A stretch of 64,000 nt of DNA from Octopus sinensis (taxonomy: Eukaryota). Below, one piece after another: positions 12,386 to 24,929 of the stretch. The stretch is from assembly GCF_006345805.1 (NCBI RefSeq), contig NC_042997.1:129580001-129644000 (forward strand), given 5' to 3'. Position numbers and translations under genes: made by a program. The stretch's first letter is position 1; the number at the start of each line of letters is the position of its first letter. The notes under the pieces are model-generated. The model was not told where the DNA came from, ran no database searches, and saw only the letters and a list, made by a program, of their open reading frames with translations.

Positions 12386-13960
12386 GTGAGAAAATACTCT
12401 CAACTTATCTTCCTTCTCCAAATTCTACCACCTCGAGCTTTACTGACCATCATATTCATTGGGTATGATTTCAGTCTTCTTCCGTGATCATATAAAAATG
12501 ATCATATTGTCCGTTTTAGAATATATATATCTATATATATATATAAATTTCTTCCTTTCACTTTTAAAAATTCACCGAGTAAAACTATTACCAATATGTC
12601 AATTAAGATCGACAGATCCGTCACCGCATGCAAAACACATGTACTTTCTGTTAGTTTCGTTTATCCACTTGACAACAACAAACAATTTAGCTAAAATTTA
12701 CTAATTCTCTTCGATGAATTACGAATATTTAATTATTCATATTTTGTTTATTTTCAACGTTTTTGTGTGTGTTGCGTTGGCATTGAATCGAAAGTGTTTA
12801 ACTGTAACATTAAATAATTTTTTAAAAAAAATAACAATCATTACCATTCATATGGATGTATTCGATCTCGGCACTTGTCAGTTTCTAGTTTGATTCTCCA
12901 CCACCCAATCATATTTTCGTCTGTCTCTTATCCTTTATACTTCCTACTCATCAACCAAAACCCTTTTCCAGATGGAACTGTAATTTTGTACTGTTTACTA
13001 CTAACTAGCACTTGGCTCTTTGCTGTGTTGATTGACCTTACTTCTGTTTGACCATACTTCCTATTTCGGAACTTTTTTCTGCGGTCGTACGACAGATTAA
13101 ACAATCGGAATCACGTCAGTAGCTAGCTAATAAAAGTTACCGCGGTCATCCAGTCCCAAACTTCTTTTCGTGTTATTGTGATAAGGACTATAATTAATAG
13201 AGAAAGAGAGAGAGTTGAGGACAGAGCTCTGATAAGTTCTAATTTGCACAGTATGTATATTCATCACCAGTTGATCCGTATCTTGTTTGTGGCACCCTCA
13301 TACAAAGCTTAAACAGCATCCTTGCTTTCTCGACACCACCAGACTTTTAGGCTTCCTCTAGGCTGATAAATGCAGAGTCATTTGTTCTTAGCTAAGAATT
13401 TTTGTTTCAGTTATCCCACTAGAAATATGACCTCTATAGTTTAACATTCTGGTAAAACACCAAACTGCATCTTATCTGGACAAACCTTATCTATTTGCTA
13501 CTAATTTCACCGTGTTTTTGGTTTCCGTATATTCAAATTTCTAGTTGTAGTATTTATTAACCTCCCTCAAATTTAAACCTCATTACTCAGTGTCGAAGAA
13601 TATAATCATCACCTAGGAAACGATGTTCACAGCCGTTTGGCCTGTCTTATTTCCTGTTAAGAATGAAATTCGGTTCGGCTTTCGTCTAAATGGTACATGT
13701 CTAGTTGGTTGAATTATTGAAATTCGTGTTGCAAATTGCCAGATCATTTGCATAGTAAACACAAGAAATAAATGTTATTTCTCGAGTGATATCTATTAAC
13801 TTCCATGTTCACAAATGTAACCATCTGTGTGTTTTAAATATTGAAGTTACCAACTGTAATAATGATGAATGACTGGTTTGTACATTTAAATATATGATGA
13901 TCTAAGAATTTTTTCTATATGCGTTTTACCAAAAAATAAACAAACAGACATGGTTTAGAG

Positions 13961-14248
13961 CAGTGGTTTTCTATGTTATGTGACTCGGTACCTTTTATTT
14001 TAATGAAAGACATTTTACAAACGCCACTTCTCATGTTTTGAAAATAATAGTGGAGGTGGGGGGAAGAAAAACAAAACAAAATAAAAGGAAACAGCTGAAT
14101 ATTTTAATCCAACAGAATCTAATTTTGCATATTTGTTATCATTAGCCACTGATGACACAATGTACTACTCATATTCTAATTGTGACAAAGAATTTTTTTT
14201 TAATTTTGAAAATGCATTTAAAATATATGTACCTGGTTTGAAATACTG
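13961..14248. mobile_element. hAT (Charlie-like) MITE
   Basis: CAGTGGTTTTC...GAAATACTG termini. Perfect 8-bp TSD GTTTAGAG (13953-13960, 14249-14256). Confidence 0.8.
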
Positions 14249-14499
14249 GTTTAGAGTTTGGAATATTGAAGTTATAGTTCTCAATATTTAAACTGTCATT
14301 TTATTATTTTCCTGACTTCAGGCAATGTATTGAATCCCCAGCTTTTTGCAATCTCTCTTTCTAGCTACTCCGATCCACCCTTATATAATGTGGGCTGGCC
14401 ATGTATTTCTCACTGGAAGGTACCTGTACCTGTCCCTTTAAATTACATCTGGCATAAAATCACATCCCTCTCTTCTACACCCCTCTCAGTTGAGGCAGC

Positions 14500-14720
14500 T
14501 TTCTCATTGTCTTGCAAGCAACTTGGCAACCTCACTAGTGCTGGTGTCCCTCAAAAAGAACAGAGTACACTCTGTTAAGTGGTTGGCATTCGGAAGGGCA
14601 TCCAGCCAAAGAAACCATACCAAAACAGGCATTGGAGCTCGACTTGATCTGCTTCATCAGATGCTGTCAAAGTGTCCAACCCATGCCAGCATGGAAGATG
14701 GACATTAAATGATAATGTTT
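14500..14720 (+). mobile_element. RTE 3' UTR/tail fragment (SINE-like)
   Basis: GGAAGGGCATCCAG core, CCATGCCAGCATGG, GAT tail. Similar short copies lie near 4137-4235, 4515-4720(-), 15170-15530, 16245-16450(-), 25150-25345(-), 49866-50022, 57030-57215(-), 61395-61523 and 61730-61910(-). Confidence 0.8.
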
Positions 14721-16844
14721 TTAAGTTTATCCTGTCAGAGTTTCTATTTGATGGAATTCTTGCATCTTGATATTGTACATCTACCACATATGCACATTTC
14801 AGAGTGCCTCTCCAAAAAAGACATCTGCTGCATCAATAAGCCTTCTCTTGCCATACTCTCGGAATTTTAACACACAAACATATTGAGTCCTTTCATCGAC
14901 CCTTTTATCATCATTACATTGATTGCTGCTCCCCTGAAAGTGGTCTTACCCCATCTCATTTAACTGAATGTAATTACCATTCCCTCTTGTCATCTTCACA
15001 GAGTCTTATGACTCGCATCTCATTACCCATCTCTATTACTATGCATCACTCTTTCTCTTTTCCTCTATTGCTCTCTCACCCACTCTGTCTACTATTCAGT
15101 TTCTCAGCCTATGCCTTCAGTGAACAACTACATCACAAAATAGTGTGGACTTAGTCTTATAAGATACAAAGCAACCTCACTAGTACTGCTGATAACATGA
15201 TAAAATGAGCCACCCTCACCACCTGTAAAGTAGTTGGCAAATAGGTGGAGATGATGTAGGGTCTAGAGAGTAATTTTGTCTTGTTGCAGACATGACAATC
15301 TCTAAAGTGCTGGTGGCATGATAAAATGCACCCTGTACACTCTATAAGGTGGTTGGTGATGGAAAGGGCATCCAGTTATAGAAGCCAAACCAAAAATGAA
15401 ACCTACGTGGTTCTCCAACCTAACAAGGCAGTAATTCTAAATAAATAACTGACTTGGATTGTGTTGATTCATCCAGTCCATTCCTGCATGGAAGACAGAT
15501 GTAAACTGATGATGATAATAATGATCTTAAACCAAAACATAAGGCAATGACACAACTTCAGCTACAACAGTAGCTTGACTAGTACTACTGATTATAAATA
15601 GCAGCCAAATTTCACTGAACACAATTTTTTATTATCTTAAAATGGAAAGGATGTATTGAATATGGTTCTGGATCATACTAATAAAACAATGGGGTAGTCA
15701 TAGTTGGAGTGCTTTTGATCAGTCAGGGTTAATCTGAACTTAGAGAACAATTTTAAAGGAGCAAAGTTCTGGAAAGGCTAGTTTTAATGAACACTTTGGA
15801 AAGATTGGATAATGTTTGTGTTATTTATTTATTTGAAATACTTTCCTCCATCTCTTGTGTAAGTCAACCCTAATTGAGTAGATCAAAGGTATTCCAGTTA
15901 TGACAGTTGTGGAATATAACTTTGAGAGAGATTATAGACAGAGGGAGGAAGATATAAGACCAAGTTTACATGAAATTTGTGTATAAATCTCTCAAAAAGG
16001 AAATCTCTGTATTACATGTTCTTATGGTTTATTTTCAATCTGAGAGTTTTTATATAATCCATGCTAAAAGTCAGTAACTAACTCTTTCTGGTATCTTCTT
16101 TGATATCAATCCAGGTAATGTATATGTTGTTGTTGTTTAGGCCTGGGTTTGGCTCATTCCGTAAGACCTATGATTAAACATACTTCATCCATGGTCATCC
16201 ATTTTATTTAGTTATCATGTTTTATTATTTATATATTTAGATTGTCATCATCATCGTTTAACAACTACCTTCTAAACTGGCATAGGCTGGACTGTTGGGG
16301 GATTTAGATATGCTCCATTGCCTGCTTTGGTTTGGTTACTACAGCTGGATGTCCTTCCTGATAACACTTTAAAAATGTATTGGGTGCTTTTTTCAGGACA
16401 CCAGTACTAGTGAGGTCACTATGTAGTTTGCAAGACTAAGATCACCTTCAACCAAATGGGACTTTAGCTGAGAGAGAAGCAACTTTCTGCTAAGTGACAA
16501 TAGGTTAAATTATGAAGTGCTGCAGAAACGATACTGAGATACTCACAAGAGTGAGTGGCAGTAATTAGGGTGGAGCTGGAAAAAAGATAAAGATGGTAAT
16601 GACAAGGCATCAAGATGGGCCCTAGGAACAGAAGAATAGGGAAATGGAGTAGGGGTGGGAGGCAGATATACTAAATGATGAATAAGGGTCAATGTTTCTA
16701 GGAAATCTAATCGGTCCTCTTTTTTAAAACAATAGGTGTGCCTTGAGGGAGTTTTAGCTGCTACTTCCAGTAAGTTGTATGATCATATGGAAGCTCCTTT
16801 AGCATTTTATTTAACTTCCATTGAAAGCAGGCATATCTTCTTCA

Positions 16845-18826
16845 ACATCATCATTTAACATTTGTTGTCCATGCTGGCATGGGCTGGATAGTGTGGCCAG
16901 AGCTGGGAAGCTGAGAGACTTCACCAGACTCCAGTCTGATGTGGTATGGTTTGTACAGCTGGATGGCCTTCTTAACACCACCACTTTACAGAGTGTGTTG
17001 GACGCTTTTATGTGGCACTGCACGGGTGCTTTTACATGGTGCCGCACGGGCACGTTTATGTAGCACTGCATAGGTGCATATGTGATGCCACACAGGTACT
17101 TTTATGTGACACTGCACTGGTGCTTTTACATGGCACCACCACAAGTGCCTTACATCACCAGAAGGATTGGTCTTGACACTTCTGCTGTGGGGTACGGGTC
17201 TTCTTGAGTACAGCCAGGCACCAAGTATCTCGGTCTTTTGTCATCTTGCATGAAAGGTTCAGTTTCTTTAGGTTGTTGTTCAGTACTTCATCCCTTATCT
17301 TCCTAGGTTTCCCACTTCCACATGTTCCACCCACTTTGAGAAGTCAGTATTTGTTTATAGAGCTGTTGAAATCCATCTACATTACATGACCAAACCAGCA
17401 CATCTCTCTTGCTCACAGCAACCAATTCCTCTTATGCCTAACTTCTCTCTCGATAGACTAGCACTCTGTCAAACATGTACACTTACATTACACATCTAAC
17501 AAAGCATACTAGCCTCATTCCTTTCTAAACTTTGCATGTCCTCTGCATTCAAGGCCCGCGTCTCGCTACCATGTAGAATTGCTGTGTGAAAACATGCATC
17601 ATACAATCTTCTTTTCACTCAGAGAGAGAGAGAGAGAGAGACCTTTCATGGCCAACAGAGGTAACAACTCTCTGAATTTCCTCCATCCTATTCTTATTCT
17701 AGCTATGACACTCTTCATGCATCCTCTCCCACTACTAATTTGGTGCCCTAGGTAACAGAAATTATCTACTTCTAATGAGCCACCAGGGCATTTGTGAGAA
17801 TCAATTTCTCAAGTCTCTAAAGTTTTTATGGACTCTGTGCATCTTCCACATACAAAAACTATCTTCTCTGATAACCATCCAATTAACCCACTGCACCTCT
17901 TGTGTGTCCATAGCTTGCACCGGGTACACTGTATGGAATTCCTGCCTACACCTTTCCTAAAATCAGACAGAGCCACCTACCCGAGTGGGGTAGGGTCCTG
18001 TCAGTTTTCTTGCTTATTAAGACCTTAGTCTTTGCTAAATTAATCTTAAGGCCCTTAGATTCCAGGTTTTACTTCCACACCTGAAATTTTACTTCTAGCT
18101 CTGATATGGAATCTGTTATGAGGGGAAGATCATCAGCATATAGTTGTTCCCAGGGGCTGCCAGTCTTGAATTCTTCTGTTATGGTCTAGAGGACAATGAT
18201 GAAGAGAAGGGGACTAAGGACTGAGCCTTGATAAACCCCTACTTGTATACCAAATTCTTTGCTGTATGCGTGGTTAACTCTCACTTTACTGACAACATTT
18301 TTGTACATGGCCTGTACAGCTTTCACCAGCCACTTGTCTATCCTTAGCCTCCTCAGAGCCCACCATATCACACAATGGAGCAGGCTTTCTCTAGATTGAT
18401 GAATGCCAGGTAAAATGGCTTATTCTTAGCTAAATACTTCTCTTGCTGTTGCTTCACTGAAGATATCAGTAGTGCTTCTTCCCTGGACAAAGCCGAATTG
18501 CATTTTGTCTAGCCTAATTCTGTTCCCAATTAATCGGGCAATAACTCTCTCTGTAATTTTCATCCTCTGATCCAGGAGTTTGATGCCTCTATAGTTGCTT
18601 CTATCTAATGCATGACTCTTACCCTTGTAGCAGCTAACAATTATGCTGCTATACCAGTCTTTGGGTATTACACTTTCCTGAATGACCTGATTAACTATGT
18701 GGGTGACCAGCCCATAACCTACCTTACTGGATATTTTGAGCATCTCAGCTGTGATTCTGGATGGATGAGGGGCTTCCCCAGTTTTCATGTTTTTAATTGC
18801 TTTATCTACCATACTGCTATCCACTT
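16845..18826 (-). mobile_element. RTE LINE, RT through 3' tail, degenerate
   Basis: NYRGIKLLDQ, QFGFVQGRSTTD, VGVYQGSVLSPLLF and LLYADDL (reverse complement near 18125-18145), PHD-like finger, short-unit array and (GAT)n tail. Confidence 0.92.
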
Positions 18827-19160
18827 GGTTGTCGTTCAGTTCGTGTGGCACCCATTTCTCAAGTATTTCTGTTTTTCCAAACTCTTTCAAGTGGTTGGAA
18901 ATTGTTGTATATGTTATGTCTAATTTAGAAGCAAGCTCTTGAACAGTTGTGCGTGGATTGGCTTCCACTAAGGCTCTTAGTTGATCGTTGTCAACATCCA
19001 ATGGCTGACCACTATGCTTATCATCTTCAAGACTCTTGTCACCGCTACGAAATTTCTTGAACCACCATTCATTCGTAAGTAATTTAACGAAAATTAATTT
19101 GAAAATACATCATTTAAAGCTAAAATTTAAAATTCCACTAGAACTTTCTTGACAACCTGA
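18827..19160 (-). mobile_element. mariner transposon 5' fragment (left TIR, HTH region, WVPHEL)
   Basis: TA + TCAGGTTGTCAAGAAAGTTC terminus at 19160. Translation WFKKFRSGDKSLED...LRALVEANPRTTVQELA...KWVPHEL. Confidence 0.88.
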
Positions 19161-19954
19161 TATAAGCAAATACAGATAGACACCCAAGCACGTTTGCAAC
19201 GGTTCACATACAATAGAGTGGAGTGGGGGGAAGAGATAATCCCTAAACCCATGAGCTCAATGGTGAGGACAACAACAACATCAACCATAATGACAAGAAC
19301 AATAACAATATATCAGCAATATCAACTACTGTACAAACAACCACAATCATAAATCACAGATAAGGGGTTTAGTGGTCGTCAGTTCATTGACAAGTTCTAT
19401 AATATCAGTTTTATATATAAAGTTCTCTGGCAGAAAAATAAAGCATTTTTGTAAGAATTTTCATAGTCTGTAGTGAGTGACAAGTAGTGTATCACCCACC
19501 CTTCACTATTTCACTTGCTCACATTAACCATCCTGTGTACCATTACCTATTATACACACATACTATGTTGAATCTAACCATACACACATGTACACACACA
19601 TTCTGCTATGTATCTATGCTCACATAACAATACGCACACTCATGCACAAACTCTGTCCACGCTATTATATTGTATGTAACTAGGCATAGTAGGCTATTAT
19701 TACTCTTATACACTCCCTGATGCACCCCGTCCTTCACATGATCATATGTTTGTTGGTTTTCACAAAACCGGTTGATTACTCAAGTGTATTATATAATTCT
19801 ATCCAGCTCAGTAAGTTAAAAGGCCTATGTGACCTGCAGTTGTAAGGAATGCACATGGTATTCTGTAGAAGAGTACATTGTTATGTGTAATTTGGTCTAT
19901 TGTGTTCATGTGGTACTGTCACAATACAGTACTCCATAATATATATATATATTG

Positions 19955-20220
19955 GTGCGTGTTGTGTTCTTGAGCAAAGCACTTTATTTCACGTTGCTCC
20001 AGTTCACTCAGCTGTAGAAATGAGTTGCGACGTCACTGGTGCCAAGCTGTATCGACCTTTGTCTTTTCCTTGGATAACACTGGTGGTGTGGAGAGTGGAG
20101 GCTGGTATGCATGGGTGACTGCTGGTCTTCCATAAACAACCTTGCCCGGACTTGTGTCTAGGAGGGTAACTTTCTAGGTGCAATCCCATGGTCATTCATG
20201 ACCGAAGGGGGTCTTTACCC
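19955..20220 (+). mobile_element. SINE (CORE-like body); second copy at 56720-57013
   Basis: TGTTCTTGAGCAAAGCACTTT...GGGGTCTTTACCCT. Clear similarity to 56720-57013. Confidence 0.7.
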
Positions 20221-20385
20221 TATATAGGAAGGGCATCCAGCTGTAGAAACTCTGCCAGATCAGATTGGAGCCTGGTGCAGCCATTTGGGTTGGACGATTT
20301 GACTGAAGACTGGCAAACCAGATGGCTGCTCCAGGCTCCAATCTGATCTGGCAGAGTTTCTGCAGCTGGATGCCCTTCCTATATA
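20221..20385. repeat. Near-perfect 68-bp inverted repeat built from RTE-tail sequence
   Basis: Arms 20221-20288 and 20318-20385, 3 differences, 29-nt loop. Confidence 0.92.
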
Positions 20386-20395
20386 TGTATATATA

Positions 20396-20940
20396 TCATC
20401 ATCATCATCGTTTAACGTCCGTTTTCCACGCTAGCACGGGTTGGACAGTTCGACCGGGGTCTGGGAAGCCAGGGGCTGCACCAGGCTCCAGTCTGATCTG
20501 GCAGTGTTTCTACAGCTGGATGCCCTTCACTCTGCGAGTGTAGTGGGTGTTTTTTATGTGCCACCGGCACAGGTGCCAGGGAAGTCTGGCATCGGCCACA
20601 ATCGCTTGGTGCTTTTAACATGCCACCGGCACGGAAGCCAGCCAAGGCGGTGCTGGCATCAGCCACGTTCGGATGGTGCTTTTTATGTGCCACCGGCACA
20701 GAAGCCAGTCGAGGCGGCGCTGGCAACGGCCACGTTCGGATGGTGCTTTTTATGTGCTACCGGCACAGGTATCACAGCTACTATTTCCATTGATATTTAT
20801 TTCAATGTTCGTGTACTTGACTCAACAGGTCTCCTCAAGCACAGCAGGATGTTCTGGAATCCAAGGTACTTTGAATGGGCAGGGGCTATGCGGAACTGGT
20901 GCAGGAAGCAGCCCGGGTCTTTGCAGTCACAGCATATCGC
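20396..20940 (-). mobile_element. RTE ORF end plus 3' UTR array and tail
   Basis: (CAT)n start, four reverse-complement hairpin units, ends in CACAGCATATC (end of the RTE ORF). Confidence 0.85.
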
Positions 20941-20944
20941 CTTT

Positions 20945-21590
20945 TCATTAATGAGCGAACTATGGTGGATTTGAGGTTCATGGCGAAAGAGATTATGAGC
21001 CAAATCTTATCACTATTACATTTATTGCTAGTATTGCTATATCTGTTATAGAAACTACCCTCATTGTTTGTAAGGCATGTGAAATTATACTTATGGCTAT
21101 CGAGTTTATTCCTATAGTTGGGTTTATCTTTACTATTGCTCCTGTCTGGTTTATTGGGGTTATTTCTGTATGGTTTATGTGGACTCAGTGACCTGGTGTT
21201 ATGGCTTTTAACAGGGTTTATCTTTGTTCTTTGGGGCTCTTTACTTTTATTCTTATCAATGTGTAGGTTTATATTATTCTTATTATAGCTATTATTCTTC
21301 AACTTATTTTTATAATTCATGTTATTAGTCTTGTATTGTTTATGTTGTTAATTTTATTGATTATCATATTGTTGGTAGTCATGTTGTCGTTTGTAGTATT
21401 ATTGGTGATTTGTGTATGGGACTTAACATTGTTTCTATTGCTATTATTTTTGTTGAGCTTGTCTTTGCTGTTCTTATTGTTGGTGTAGTTTGTAGTGATG
21501 TTTGTTGTGTGGTTAGTGTTAATGGTATTACCGTGTAGATTTCTGTTATTTAGGTTATTTGTATAGTGATTAGGGTCTAGGTATTAATAG
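20945..21590 (-). repeat. Asn/Lys-rich low-complexity stretch, possibly a Penelope-like element fragment
   Basis: ORF 20886-21320 is N/K-rich. KIWLIISFAMNLKSTIVRSL weakly resembles the IIWFNPPFS.NVKTNIG motif of Penelope-like RTs. Confidence 0.3.
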
Positions 21591-22044
21591 AAGAGGGAGA
21601 CCCAGGAAGACCTCTGGAGATATGCTGTGATTGAGAAGACCCAGCAAGTAAAGTGAGATCACAGCCAAAGCCTATACTAGTGTAGCATAACCGGCTCATT
21701 AAAAAAGTACCTTTGAATCGTCAGGTGATGTGCCATGCTTGAGTAGAGTAAAATCAAAAATCACAATCAAAAATGGAAATTGTAGTTGTGGCCAATGCCA
21801 GTGTCACCTGACTGGCTTTTGTGCTGGTGGCACACAAGTGCCATTCATGTGTGGGTTGTTTCCAATACCACCTGACTGATTCCCGTGCTGGTGGCATGTA
21901 AATAGCACCTTCTGAACATGGTTGATGAGCCCCCCCCCCCCCATCTGAACATGACCTATGCCAGTGCCGCCTGACTGGCTCCCATGTTGGTGGCATGTAA
22001 AAAGAACCACTACATGGATGTTAAATGATGATGATGACGATGAT
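21590..22044 (+). mobile_element. RTE ORF end plus 3' UTR array and tail
   Basis: RGRPRKT-coding start, hairpin units, (GAT)n tail. Confidence 0.82.
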
Positions 22045-22045
22045 A

Positions 22046-22417
22046 TCTCTATATATATAAACGGCAAAATGTCTGTCTGTGTGTGTGTGTATCCTTTGTA
22101 CAAATCCACAATTTTTCAGTTAGAGGGCTTGCACTTTCTGTGGTCATTCAAAACTGTCCAAGGGTGGTCGTGCACATCTTTACATTTCCCCAGTCACGCC
22201 ACAAAGCCATTAAAAAATCAATAGAAATGACTGTTTTGTGAATTTTCTATCCAAAGCCCAATCAAAATGCCCGAAACTTGATATGCCAATTGAATGCCAG
22301 CTAGCTGTATGTGATTGGTTGGAAATTTGGACAGTACTCGTGTGTATGTGCGCATGCACACAGCTGTATATGCATGCACTAGCACTATGACCCGGCGTTG
22401 CTGGGTCATAGTGCTAG
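22046..22417 (+). mobile_element. Non-autonomous Helitron
   Basis: A|TC start with a GT microsatellite near the 5' end, 3' hairpin and CTAG|T end, no TSD. Confidence 0.75.
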
Positions 22418-23134
22418 TATATATATATTATTTTCAAATTTTGGTCGCAAGACCGACATGTTTTGGAAGTGGATAATTTAAGTACATTGACCCCATTGTT
22501 CAACTGGTACTCATTTTATCAATCCCAAAATGAGGGAAGGCGAAGTTAACCTCAAAGGTATTTGAACTTAGAACAAAAAGTAAAAAAAAAATGCCCTCAA
22601 ACTCTTTGTCTGGCACAGTAACGATGCTTCCAGTTGACCACTTTATATATATATTTATATTCATACATATGTATAGGTTTGTGCGCGCATGCACACACAC
22701 ACACTCTCACAGAAACTAAGTGCATTTTGTCATTTTAGTTTTCAGTTTTACTTTTTATTCACAAAAAAAATGTGAAAGTTAAAATGTATTAAAGCATATT
22801 CCAGTATTATGCCACATTTGAGCCAATATGTAAAATAAATTTTGTTTTATATATACACACATATATGGTCATAGCAATACTTTTAGACAAATAGTATATA
22901 TATATATATATATCTGCTCTATCAAGAGGCCTGCAAATCAAACCCCATGTAGTCTTAGGTGTGCAACATCTGGATAATAAAACTGGTTGGGCACAGCTGG
23001 AATGCATTATTATTATTCCCTAGTATAAAGGATTTATTGAAATGTAAGTAAAATGTATTCTTGTAGTTGCATATATCCAGAAACAAACTATTTTTTGTCG
23101 ATTGGTTTTTCATTTCAATAGGAAATAATCTAAT

Positions 23135-23350
23135 AATGCTTTCAATTTTGGCACAAGGCCAGCAATTTCGGAGGAGGGGGTAAGTTGGTTGCATTGACCC
23201 CAGTGTTCAACTGTTACTTTTTTCATTGACCCCGAAAGGATGAAAGGTAAAGTCAATCTTGGTGGAATTTGAACTCGGAGCGTAAGGTCAAATGTAATGC
23301 CATTAAGCATTTTGTCCAGTGTGTCAATAATTTTGTCAGCTCACTGCCGT
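23135..23350 (-). mobile_element. tRNA-type SINE with Meta-like domain (same family as 59760-59910)
   Basis: The reverse complement contains GAGTTCAAATTCC and TTGACTTTACCTTTCATCCTTTCGGGGTCAAT. Related copies lie near 22430-22640, 29830-30020, 48640-48720, 54000-54195, 55400-55770 and 56170-56350. Confidence 0.7.
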
Positions 23351-23641
23351 AGGAATTGATCTAATAATAATCATTTAAATTCAGGCCCATTATAAAGTCT
23401 ATGTGAAATTTTAGTTTATAGAAATTTAAAATTATAGTGCTATTAATAAAAATAGTATTATACTTACTCTTAATGAAGTGGAGTGGTTGTAATTGTGCGA
23501 ATTTGTGTCAATAGAATGTTTCTCTTAAATTAGTCATCCTAAAATATACTAGAAACTGTCATCAGAAAATCCTGAAAATCCCTTCCACTACCTTTTTATA
23601 AAGCTTTCTATTATTATTCTCCCATTCATTTACACTTCCAG

Positions 23642-23776
23642 TATATATATACACACACACACACACACATACACATATATATATACACACACACATGCAC
23701 ATATATATATACACATATATATATATATAAACACATGCATATATATGTATACACACACATATATACACACACACAT

Positions 23777-23833
<57 letters not shown>
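23642..23833. repeat. Compound (TA)n/(CA)n microsatellite
   Basis: Seen directly. Confidence 0.95.
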
Positions 23834-23834
<1 letters not shown>

Positions 23835-23842
<8 letters not shown>

Positions 23843-24888
23843 TTGGTGAAGGCTGGTTTATGGAGTTACCCTGGGTTTCCTGTCCATAAAAGGCTTAACT
23901 TTATGGCGTATTGTCAGATCCCAAGACCTGATGGCCTAAGACCTCTTTAAAATATCGAAGGGAAACATCTTGATACAAAAGCAAATATAAGCAAGGGGAT
24001 TATCTTTCTTTGCTAATGGCTATCAACTTCCGGCCTTACTGCCATCATTTAGTTATGAGGGAGCACTATAATACACATAGTTAGACTTTTTCCTTAAATT
24101 AATAGACAAGCACTTCACTAGTTCCCATAGGTACAGGCACAACATTAAGGTCTTGTTTAGCTGTGCCTCCAATATTAAGAGCATCCTAGTTAGTGCCCCT
24201 AGGCCAGAGGAACGAGCAAGTTGTTCATGTAGGATCTGCAACAGCACTGACATTGCATGTCCATAGAAATACATTGGTTGTTCTGGAAATCCATTCAAAA
24301 AATGCATTTCCAACCAAATATCCTCCTTCAGAGTCCCAGAAAGGAGATACATAACATCGCTGGCCAGCCATGTCTGACAACTAAAAGACAATAGAGTTCC
24401 ACACTCAATCTCATGGAAAATTCTTGAAAACCCAGGCTTCTATATTAATGGGATGAAACGTTGCAAGCTATGCATTGCTGAACACATGAGAATCCTAAAA
24501 GATTCGCTTGAACTAAGGACCATACTTAAATCCAGAATGGAGATTTTCGGGCCATGTTTGCATTTTAAGAGATTTTTGCTGGCATTTTGGGAACCGCAAA
24601 ATGGTGGCACAGCTGGAAGTTGATAGCTAATGGGAGAGGGAGATAATCCCCTACTGTTTATCCTCATAGCTGAATGATGGCAGTACAGCTGGAAGTTGAT
24701 AGCCATTAGCAAAGGAAGATAATCTCTTAGTTTACATTTGCTTTAGTATTGTGATGTTTCCCCTCCATATTTTAAAGCAGTCTTAGGCCATCAGGCTTGG
24801 GGTCTGATGATATGCCATAAAGTTAAACTCTTTATGGACAGGAAACCCAGGGTAACCCCATAAACTGGCCTTCACCTGAAAAAATATA
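23835..24888. mobile_element. Long-TIR (~225 bp) foldback/Mutator-like non-autonomous element
   Basis: 23835-24060 is a diverged reverse complement of 24660-24888. The ~600-bp interior has no recognisable ORF. Confidence 0.75.
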
Positions 24889-24929
24889 GACTACTTCTTA
24901 GAGTGTGCTTCCTCTCTGGATTTGTTTTT

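Noticed and set aside
14322-14419. 98-nt cassette exon (TTCAG...AAG/GTACCT)
   Set aside because: Weak donor and frameshifting length. It could be a poison exon, but nothing in the sequence supports it.
20412-20974. Overlapping ORFs with VPPAQ / LFTCH repeats (also 41105-41875 and 42581-43080)
   Set aside because: Translations of the GC-rich hairpin array in several frames; not genes.
24053-24391. Transposase within the long-TIR element
   Set aside because: No recognisable catalytic or DNA-binding motif by eye.
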